A DNA stretch of 64,000 nucleotides from Lama guanicoe (lineage: Eukaryota), in assembly GCA_013239625.1 (NCBI GenBank), contig MU057202.1, positions 3,423,101 to 3,487,100 on the forward strand. Direction: 5' to 3'. Positions within the stretch are counted from its first letter, which is position 1. Every line of letters begins with the position of its first letter. The position numbers were made by a program, and so were the translations under genes. Shown in pieces: positions 12,301 to 22,500 of the stretch. The notes under the pieces were generated by a model that made no database searches, was not told the DNA's origin, and saw only the letters and a list, made by a program, of their open reading frames with translations.

Positions 12301-15300
12301 TACCTCTTCCTGCACCCAGGATGCCATCTGGCCAAGTTCCAGGGTCGGGGGCTGGCACTGACAGCCCACTCCCCAGCTGGGAGCCCAAGGGTCATGCAGG
12401 AGGCGCACGACCTGGAAGCTGTGTCCCAGCTTGGCACCGTCCCTTTGCTTGACTATGACTGGCTGGAAAATGGGTGTGGCACCTTGGCAGAGTGATGCTT
12501 GAGGTGTTTTGGGGGCGTCAAGGGGATGGGCCCTGGTGTGGGTCATGTGGCTTCCTTGAGAAGATACAGGGGAGGCCCGCATGCGCAGGGGTGCTACTGG
12601 GTGGGGTGCAGGAGTATGAGCCGGGAGCACAGCTCAGGTCTAGGCTGGTGGGGAGTGTGGGGCTGTGCCCAGTGCATCCCCAGGCCCAGCTCAGGGCATT
12701 GGAGGCAAGTGGGCTCCTGCTTACGGCAAGGGGACACCTTGGAGACCTTGCTCAGGGTGTGACACACAGACCCCTGCACTGACTCCCGGTGTGGGGCCAC
12801 GGTGTGGTCTGTACCAGGGGTTCCGGGCAGTGCAGTGCTTCTGTGGTTGGCTTTCTGCTCTCACCTCACCGTGCCCTGAGCCTGGGCTGGTGGTATGAGG
12901 CCGGCGCCCCTCCCCAGCTCCTCGCCGTGCCCTGAGCCTGGCCTGGTGGTGTGAGGTCGGCGTCCCTCTCCAGCTCCTTGCCGTGCCCTGTGCATTGCTC
13001 TCCCCTCAACCAGAGACACCTCGTTTCTGTTGTACTGTCTGTTTCTCTGAGCAGTCTGAGGGGCTCAGGCAGGGGCTTGGGGAGCATGTGGAACCCAGCT
13101 GCCTCTCTGGGGATGTTGCTGGGAGGCTGTCAAGGGCAGGGTTCACTTGTGGGGCTCCTGCGCTCCCGGCGGGGCTGCTCTGAAGCACGTCATCCTGCTG
13201 TGCGCTCTCCACCACTCCCCCTGGCCTCCCTGGCACCTGGGCTGAGCGGCCTGACCAGCGCAGTCCAGGAGGGTACTCTTTCCAGACAGGGAGCAGACCA
13301 TCAGCAGCGCCTTGTGGCTTCTGGCCGCAGAGCTGAAGTCCTGTCCTGTCCCCTCCAGGGCCTGAGTCGAGATTCTGCCAAGAGACTGCGTTTTGTGCCA
13401 GGAGTCATCTACGTCGACGGTACGTGTCTGTATCTGTCCCCAGGCCCTGGCGCTCGGGGCGGCCCCTCCAACTGCTGGCACTGGGCTTGTGCAGGGCCCT
13501 GGTGGGGGCGTTCCCCTGGACTTAGCGCCCGGGTTCAGCAAAACGCCCTGCTTTTGTCTGAGGTCTCACCACGGGGCCAGGGGCACTTGGTGAGAACTCC
13601 GAATGCACAGCCAGAGGGGGCCTTCCCACCCCACTGTCAGAGAACCCACTACCCTGAAAACGCCCCCAAGGAGACGGCTTGGCCCCCAGCGGCCTCGAGA
13701 GGACTTGCTGCCCACCCCTCCACGGGCACAGTGGTGGCGGCCCTGACCGCCCGCGTGCGCCTCTTCTGTAAAGTGGTTACTCTGCATTTTCCAGAGGGAG
13801 CAGCCTGTGGCCGGAGCCCCGAAGACAGAGCCAGAACTCTGGTGGAGGTAGAGCAAGTCCTGCAGAATGTCGGCTTCCCGAGCCATGTCATCGCCTTGGA
13901 AGAGGTGGGCGGCCCATCCCTGCTCAAGAGCCCTGGAGGTGCCTGTTCAGTGTCCACAGGGCCAAAGGCCTGCTTCCCCACGTGGAGGGCCGGGCCTCAC
14001 GCTCTCCCCATCCACCCGCCAGGTGTTTGGCTTGCCGCCGTCTGTGCTACGCTGCTTTGCCCGGGAGCCAGAGTCGGTGGGGACCGAGGGTGCCTACAAG
14101 GCGGCCGTGGACAGTTTCCTCCAGCAACAGTGTGTGCTGGGGGCAGGGGGGGAGGAGCCCTGGAGCCAGCCCCGCCCCCAGGGCCCCCAGAGCCTGGCCG
14201 GGCCCCCCACAGCTGTGCAGACTGAGGCTCTGTCCAGACTGTTCGATTCAGTGAAGACGCTGACGGCCAAGGAGGAGCTTCTGCAGACACTGCGGTGAGC
14301 CCCCTCCACTGCCCCGGGGTCCCTTCCTGACCGCCCCCACCAAGTTCCTGAGACCTTCTCTTCCCTCCCCCCGGGGTCCTGGTCCTACCCACCCTGAGAT
14401 TCCTGCCGTGCTCTGCAGGACCCACTTGATCCTGCACGTGGCCCGGACTCATGGCTACTCTAAGGTGATGGCGGGGGACAGCTGCACCCGCCTGGCCGTG
14501 AAGCTCATGACCAGCCTGGCACTTGGGAGAGGGGCCTTCCTCGCCTGGGACACGGTGTGCACACGGCTGCTCTGGCCCCACCCTCACCCTTCTGTCCCCT
14601 GTCACTTGATTCATGAAGTGGTCCTGGGGTCTCCCACGGGGTGGGGGTGGGGCCAAAGACCCCCCGCCAGCTGGCAGGGAAAGAGAGGAGCTGTGAGCCA
14701 GTCAGCTGAGTGTCCTGAGGAACGCTGTTCCCCCAGGGCTTCTCGGACGAGCGGCATGGTGATGTGGTGGTGGTGCGGCCAATGCGTGAGCACACGCTGA
14801 AGGAGGTCGCCTTCTACAACCGCCTGTTTGCCGTCCCGTCTGTCTTTACACCGGCCGTCGACACCAAGGTGGGCTGGGGTCGGCGGGGTGGCCTCCACCT
14901 GGTGCCCCAGTGGAGCGCACACTAGGGGGACAGACTTGAGGAAGGGGGTGCCCGTTGGGCGTCACAGAGGTGGGCGAGGGGACAGTGGGACAGGATGACC
15001 TGTGTTGGGTGCTTTATTTAACAGCATCTGTGCTTGACAGTGAGGGCTCTCTAGAAGTGGTGGCCCCCTAGAAGTGGTGGCCCCTGAACAGGCCTGGGGG
15101 CTGCCCCTCTGACCGGGGCCCCCAACCCGTCTGCTCCAGGCCCCCGAGAAGGCCAGCATCCACCGGCTGATGGAAGCCTTCCTGCTCAGGCTGCAGGCCC
15201 AGTTCCCCTCCACCGTCAGCACCGTGTACAGGTGTGTGTGTGTGGGTGTGTGGGCTCCAAGCCCTCCATCCCAGTACCTGGGACAGGAGCTGAGAGTGGA

Positions 15301-16202
15301 GGCCCCCAGCCAGCTGTGCCTCAGTGCCCTGCCCCCCGCCCCCCCCCAGGACAAGTGAGAAGCTGGTCAAGGCCCCCAGGGAAGGCTGTGCTGCCAGCCC
15401 CCCTGGCCCCCGCTGCCTGCTCTGCCTGTGCACCCTGGACGTCGACAGTGCTGGTCTGTCCTGGCCTCCGTGGGAGCTCGGGGGAGGGCCACGCACGGGT
15501 GGGTGTTAGGGTTCTGTAGCCCTCGGGGCCCCCTTAGCTTCTCTCTGCTTCCAGACAGTGCCACGGCTTTTGGGGCTCAGACCTCATCACATCTCTCCCA
15601 GATGCAGGCCCCCGGCCCACAAGCTGAGGCCGGGACGCCCACCACCCTCTGCTGTTGTCCGGGGCTGGGCGGTGCCCAAGGCTGCTGTGCGAGGTAAGTC
15701 CCTGCCTCGTCCTGTCCTCCTGTCCCCACTGTGGTCAGCACCTGGCAGCCGCACGGGGTGGGGGTGGCCCCCAGGATACTCACTGAGGGCGAGAGCAGGC
15801 ACACAGGTCTAGCTCTGCCTGCAGGGAGGACCCCCGAGCCTGTGTGGTGGAGCAGCTGTGCTATGGCTGCCGTGTGAACGCGAGGGACCTGGTGAGTGGA
15901 CGCCTTCCCAGCTCCTGGACCAGCCCCACCCCGCCCCACGCGGCCCTCACCCATCCCGGCTCTCTCTTACAGCCCTCCCTGGACTCCCTGCCGCCCTACA
16001 TCCTGGCTGAGGCCCAGCTCCGCAGCCAGAGGTACTGTTCGCTCTGCTGGGGAGCCCGGGGCGGTGGGGGGAGGCTTCTGGGTGTGTGAACCTGTGGGAC
16101 TGTTCCTCCCGTGTGGCTTCCCTCAGGGCTGGGGGCGAGCAGGAGATCCAAGCATATCTGCTGGGGGACCACGATGATGAGGCGCTGCCCGGTGGGAGCT
16201 GA
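9018..16202 (+). CDS. CTU2: Cytosolic thiouridylase subunit 2 (tRNA U34 2-thiolation, Ncs2 homolog), 15 coding exons, 508 aa
   Basis: Exons: 9018-9082, 9714-9788, 11974-12052, 12232-12291, 13359-13419, 13795-13904, 14023-14294, 14419-14554, 14737-14868, 15140-15231, 15350-15453, 15555-15693, 15825-15891, 15973-16031, 16127-16202. All GT-AG, 1527 nt, in frame. Motifs: CVKC, FCRDCF, LAWSGGPSS (PP-loop-like), FPSTVSTVYRTSEKL, CLLC, LCYGCR. Confidence 0.96.
11725..11817 (-). mobile_element. tRNA-derived SINE (camelid-like) with target-site duplication
   Basis: Minus strand reads GGAGGGAGTGTGCAGCTCAGCGGCAGAGTGCC...GAGGTTCTGGGTTCAATCCCCAG (A-box and B-box). Flanked by GAGACAGTGCTTTT (11711-11724) and GAGACACTGCTTTT (11818-11831). 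Confidence 0.85.
12869..12990. repeat. 56-bp minisatellite, ~2.2 copies, CTU2 intron 4
   Basis: ccgtgccctg starts at 12869, 12925 and 12981, an exact 56-bp period. The two full units are highly similar. Confidence 0.85.
15051..15084. repeat. Perfect 17-bp tandem duplication, CTU2 intron 9
   Basis: ctagaagtggtggcccc occurs twice. Confidence 0.9.
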
Positions 16203-16282
16203 GGTGAGAGCGCTTGGGCCTCACCCTGCACGGAACGGGCAGGCAAGGACAGGCAGGCTGCCTGTGATTGTCCACATGTATA

Positions 16283-16299
16283 AATAAAAACGTTTTAAT
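16283..16299. terminator. Back-to-back poly(A) signals: AATAAA (+, CTU2, 16283-16288) and ATTAAA (-, PIEZO1, 16299-16294)
   Basis: aataaaaacgttttaat lies in the only AT-rich patch between the two stop codons (16202 and 16506). Confidence 0.8.
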
Positions 16300-16505
16300 T
16301 AGAAAACTCTACAGTACGCCTGGGGCAGGGAGGGCCGGGCCTCTGGCCGTGTGTGGTGTTGGGCAGCGCCGGGCCCCACAGGGACGGCTGGCAGGGGCGG
16401 CAGTCCTGCGCCAGGCCGGGGGAGCTGCGGCTTCACTCCCGACAGCACAGTAGCAGCTCTCGTGGGCCGGGAGCAGGTCAGCTGGTGGCCTTGGCCGGAG
16501 TGGCC

Positions 16506-19500
16506 CTACTCCTTCTCACGGGTCCACTTGATCATGGTCTCGGGTGAGCGGTAAAGGAAGATGAGCTTGGCGTACAGCTCCTCCTCCAGCTCCAGCTCCT
16601 GCGTCTCCCGCACCAGGAAGATGTCCTGGCAGAGCTTAAGGATGCGGTCCACGCACGGCAACTCCTCGAACATGATGGAGTGCGAGATTTCGCTGAAGAA
16701 GCCACGCACAAACTTGCCGATGACCAGCACGATGGACACGTAGAGACCCATGATGCTGCGGGCGGGCGGGTGGGCAGTGAGAGTCCGGCCTCCTCCCTGG
16801 CCCCGCCCCGGCCTGACCCACTGCACGCCGCACTCACCCGTAGCCTGCCAGGAAGCCCAGGCTGGGTGGGCTGACCTTGTCACTGAAGATGACCATGGGC
16901 AGCAGGTTGCATTTGGCTCGGCAGTCTTGCAGCTCGATGACCCACCACTCGAGGAAGCCAGCTGCCCCCGAGCCCACACGCTCCCTGCGCAGCTGGACGC
17001 GCACACTGAGGTAGTCAGCCTCCTCCTCTGGGTGGGAACCAGGAGGTGTCACGGTCCCTACCCGTCCCAGGCTGAGGCCAGCACCCCCACCCCCATGTCC
17101 CCACCTCACTCACTGGGCTGTAGCTGTTTCACGGGGTTGGCTTCAGGTCCGTTGGGGGCACGGATGTACTTAGGGAAGAGGTGGGGGATGACCCTATAGG
17201 GAGGAGGCCAGAAGGTCAGGCCTGGCCCTGCCCCCCACCATGGCCCCCCCGCCCACCCCCTACTCACACGGACTGGTCGGAGGTGCCCTCCAGCAGGCTG
17301 GCCAGCTGCCGCCGGGCGGTGCTGTTGGGGGTTAGGTCCAGAGTGTGCTTCTCATTGGTGTACTCCACAGTGCCGCCCTTGGCCAGGTCCCTGGGGCAGG
17401 GGTGCTGTGTGACCCTCAGTGTAGCTGGGTGGCCCCTGATCCCCCCTCCCCTGGAGCCTGGACGCACCTCTGGAAGTTCCAGGTGAGGCGCAGGGTGATG
17501 TCGGCAGTGCCATTGTGCAGCTCACGCTTCATCTGCGCCCGGCTCGGTGGGCTGATGCGCCACAGCGCCCCGGAACTGCCCTCAATGTGCGCTGTGACGA
17601 TGTCCTCGGGGCTGTACTGGCTGATGAACTGCATGGCCAGCTGGACGTGGGGGGCAGCCACCTCAGCGGGGCAGCCCGGCCCCCCCAACCCCCACCCCTG
17701 GCAGCCGCATGTGGCGGGGGCACTCACTGGGTCGCGGTCAAACTGCCGGGACAGTTCCTCATAGGCCTGGGCGGTGAAGGGCACGATGGATGGCTGCTGG
17801 GCGCTCATGGTGAACAGGGGCTGGTGGTGGGGACGCAGTGATGTGGCGCCGGGGCCTCTGGACCCCAGGCCACCAGCGTCACACAGAGCCCCTCACGATC
17901 TCGAGGGGAGGGCACCTGAGGTGGGGGTGAGGCTGCTCACCTCGTAACCGCCCAGCTTGAGGGTGACAGTGACGTCGATGGGCTGGTTGACGACCCCGAC
18001 CACAGAGCGCACCAGGGACATGAAGAGCAGCGGGAACCAGATGATGGCCACCAGGAACAGGATGATCAGGCCACCCATGCCATACTTGACCACCTTCTTC
18101 TTCTTCTGCCCCTTGGGCTGTGGGTATCTCTGGGGGGCAGAGGGGGGATGCAGGTCACCCACCAAGTGGGCCTCTGTCCTTACGTGGCCCTGCAGAGCCA
18201 GACCCACGTGGGGACCAGGTGCCCAGGCCACCCAGAGGGAAGGATGGCCGGACACCCACACGCCGAAATGTGAAGTTGGGCCTTCAACCCTCGGCCAGAG
18301 TGAACTCAAACAGGAGACCAAAAAACGGTGAAACTCTTCAGGGCAAATCTGTCTGAAAGAACCTAGTGTGCAAGCTCCAGAAAGAACTCTCACAACGGTG
18401 AGATACCACCCGGTGAAGACCTGGCGAAAACCTCAACAGACACTTCTCCAGACAAGCTACGCAAGCGGCCAAGCACAGGAAGGGGCCTGGCGCCAAGACT
18501 GGAGCCCCCACACGGCCCCACCCGTCCCTGGACGCCGAGCCCGGGGGTGGAGGGGCTGGCACCACAGCCACTCTGAGCTGTGTACCCAGGAGCCATGGGG
18601 ACCTATGGCCGGGGCTCTGGACGGAATGGCCACAGCAGCATCTCTCACAGCTGAGACTTGTCACAATGGAAAGCTACTCAGCTGTGAAGAGAATTCTGAC
18701 ACAACTGCAAGGTGGGTGCGCCTGGAGAGCGCTGTGCTGCGAGAGGGAAACAGTCACCAAAGGCCACGTGCCGTGTGCTGCCGTGCATGTGGGACACCGG
18801 GGATGGGCAAGTCCGCGTGGGGGGGGTGGCTGCCAGTGTGAGTGGGGCTGCTTCCTGTGCAGCGGGCGTGCAACCCTGGGTGCACTAGGAACCACCCAGC
18901 TGTGCACGGTACAGGGGCAGCTGCGTGAATTACATCAGTAGCTGCTAAGAAACACTTGGTTCATGTTTTACCGTGCACCCTGCTCCCCATGCCTGTGACT
19001 GGGGGCCCTCTCTGTGGGTGGCCGCCCTGACATGGCCGAGTCCACCGTCCCCTCGAGGAAGCCCCTTCTGGCCATCAGGAAGTTTCAGAGGCATGCACTG
19101 GACGCACGCTGGTGTGGGCAGCAGCCGGCCCTCACCTTCTCTGTCTCGCGGCTGCACTTGATGATGAAGATATTGGCATAAATGTCCTCCACGCACATCC
19201 AGCTGGACAGGGACAGCGTGGTGTCCGTCCACACCCAGTCCATCACAGCCCGCAGCTCCACCAGGAAGGGCACCAGCCGGAACCTGCGCGAGGCCGGGGA
19301 CCATCAGGAGGGCCCGAGGGAGGGCTGCCCTGCCCCCGGCGCCCGGGCCAGCCACGCTCACCCCTGGAAGAGGAACAGGTTGAGGTGGTTGTACTTCTTG
19401 GTGAGGAAGTTGCCGAGGATGCGGGTGGGGTAGCCACAGCGGATCTGGTAGGCCGACAGGGCGAAGTAGATGCACTTGACGAAGTACCACAGCTGGGCCA

Positions 19501-22500
19501 CGGCATTCTGGCTGAACATCCTGTACGGGTGGGGAGCCAGGTCAGGGCGCCCGCAGAGCCCTGAGCTCCGCACAGCACGCGCGTCCAGGCCACTCCCGAG
19601 CCCACACCCACCGCTCGGTGACGGCGGGCAGGACGAAGAACATCCAGACGTGGATGGCCAGGACCAGCACCACCTGGAAGGCCAGCTTGCCCAGCACGGT
19701 CTTGCGCAGGTACAGGGCACGGTCGATGACCATGGTGCTGAACTGGACCAGCAGCATGACGAGGAAGGCCTCAGGCACCTGGTCATCTGACAGGGAGGAC
19801 GTGATGTCCGTGGCCGCTGAGTGCTTCTGTGGCCGGGAGAGCAGAGGTCAGGGGTGCTGGGTTGGGGTGGCCCCCAGGCCCCGCGCTCACCGGGGGCACT
19901 GAGACCCGGCTCACCCCAAAGGCCCAGAAGCCAAAGATGATGATGATGAAATCGACCACGTCGGCCAGGAACATGAGGGCGTAGACGTCGGTGGCCGCGC
20001 GGTACTTGGTGTGCAGGATGTCCTGGAAGAACCTCCGCAGGGGCCGGTAGACGCCCCGGGCTCTGGGCAGGTGGGGAGGCCTGGCTCAGTGCAGCCCTGC
20101 TGCCCCCCACCCCCCCGGCCCGGGCTCCCTGCGGGGTCACTCACAGGGACAGGCAGCAGCTCTGCAGCTGGGCCCCCGCTGCCCTCACTCTTTCCCGGGG
20201 GCAACTCCGCTGCTTCCTCCTCCTTGAGGCCACCGCCACTGCCTCTGCCTCGTCCTCCTCCTGGTCCTCAGCGTCTGTGGGGAGCAACTGCTGCTAACAG
20301 AGCCCGCAGGGTGGGGCCAGGCTCGGACTCCTGACCCTCCTGAGACCTCCCAAAGGGCTGCCACTGCCTCACTTTATAGACCAGCAGAGGGTCACCAGGT
20401 GTCCGGGGTTGGGGGGCAGCAGGGGGGCCCTCGTACCCACGGCTGCCTGTCCTCTGGGTTCTGTGCTCTCCCTCCTGCTCCTCCGGAAACGCAGGCTGAT
20501 ACGCCTCTTGTCTTGGGGCTCAGGGGGCCCGTCCCTTACTTCTAGCTGGATGTCGCCCTCAGTCCTGGCCACCCCTGGCTCCTCCTGGGGTCCTAGTGGG
20601 GCCAGCTCCTCCTCAGCCCCCTTCTTCCTACTGCCTCTGTCGTGCTCCTTGGAGAGCGGGTCGTCCTCGTGGTCCCAGAGGCCGTAGCACTGTGGAGGGA
20701 CAGAGGGAGGGAGGTGGGTGAGGAGGCCCCATAGTGCCGCTGGGCTGAGCTCAGACCAAGAAGATGGCCAGGTGCATCCTGGGCTGTAAGATGTCCAACC
20801 TGCCTCCTGGTTCAAAACAACTGAGTGTGTTTTTGTGTGTGTATATGCATATGTTGTGTGTGAGTGTACTGTGCGTGTGTACGTGTGCATGCACGCGTGT
20901 GCAAGTGTGCTTGTGTGTTAACGTGCACGTGGCTGTGCGTGCATGTCCGTGCGTGTGAGTGCATGTGTGCCCGTGCGCGAGCACCCTGCCGGGCTCACCA
21001 GCAGCTGGGAGCGGTGGAAGAAGAGCGCCATGAGCTGCGCCAGATCCCCCCTGACGTAGCCGTCGCGCTTCTCCAGCCCCAGGATGCGCGGTGGGAAGTA
21101 GGGCTTGTTCTCGTGGCGCTGGAGCACCGCGTGGCTGTTCCAGGGGAAGAAGCCAAACTGGAACAGGTACTTGGTGACCACGGTGACCTGCAGGGGACAG
21201 CAGTCAGCAGGGCGCGGCCCCCGGCCCCACCCGGCCCCGCCTGGCTGACGCCCACCTCCGTGAAGACGATGGCCGTCATCCAGAAGCGCTTGCTGGGCCG
21301 CGGGATGGACAGCATGGCCCACAGGAAGACCAGCACGGGCAGCACGAGCGAGGCGGCCGAGGCCGTGACCATGTGGTTGAGGACAATGATGAAGTAGCAG
21401 AGTAACTCCGAGTGGGCGGCCAGGCACTGGTACCCAGCCCGCAGCAGGCGCAGCGCCCGGCCTTGCCCTGCCGCAAACTGCTCAGCCGCCTCCAGCTCCG
21501 GGACGTGCAGGCGCCTGTGGGGGCACAAGGCTCAGGCGCCGCCCACTGGGGGCGCCCTGAGGCCCGGGCCCTCCCGCCAACCCCGTTGCCGCCCACCTGG
21601 CCAGGAGCAGCTCGCTGGCCGTGCGTGTTTGGGCGCGGCCGCCGGTGGCAAGCTCCCGGGAGCTGAGTAGGGACGTCCCCGGCTCAGCAACCGTGTCCTC
21701 GCTGCCGCTACTGCGGGTGTGGTAGCCGGTGCTTTGGGGGCTGCTGGTGTCCTCAGTTGCACTGCTCAGTGGCTCCTCGGCCCCCAGCCCGCTGTGGGAG
21801 GGGGCTGGTCACCAGGGGGCTCTGGGGCAGCAGGGTAGGACCTCGAGGTCCCTGGTGGACGAGGGGCTGGGCGGCTGGGCTGGACCTCACTTCGGGCCTG
21901 GAAATAGGCCGGGTGGGGTGGGGCTCGGGGGGTGCCTGAGCCCCCACCCTCACTTCTACCTTGACGCTGTGCTCAGGGCATCGCGGGCCTCCACTTCGCT
22001 GACGTACAGCTGGTCCAGCACATCCCGGCGCACCTCACCACCCTGCAGGGCACCGGGGGCTCAGGGCAGCGGAGGCGGGGCAGGCACAGGGGCGGGGTAC
22101 AGGGGGGCATGGGGACAGCCCACTCACCCTCAGCAGCTCCTGCGTGAGCAGGTAGCGCTCGGCACGCAGCACGTCACTCATGGCGCTGTGGTGCCGTGTG
22201 AAGGTGAGCAGCCAGCGTGTCAGCCCGTCCACCAGCGCCTGCCCCAGCACCCACAGGAACTGCAGGGCGCTCAGCACCCGCTGTACCACATGCCTGCGGC
22301 CTACGAGGGCGGGAGGACGGCGCTGGAGGGCGGCCCGTGGGCACCCTGACCCCGGCCCCCGCCCCGGGGCCCACGCACCTGCCGTCTGGTCCTGCAGGCC
22401 CTCCGCTGGTGCCGCCTCTTGGCCTGGGCCGCCTCCTGGGCACAGGAGTGCTGGTCAGCGCCTTGCACCCTGAGGGCCCCCATACCCCGTGCAGCCAGAC

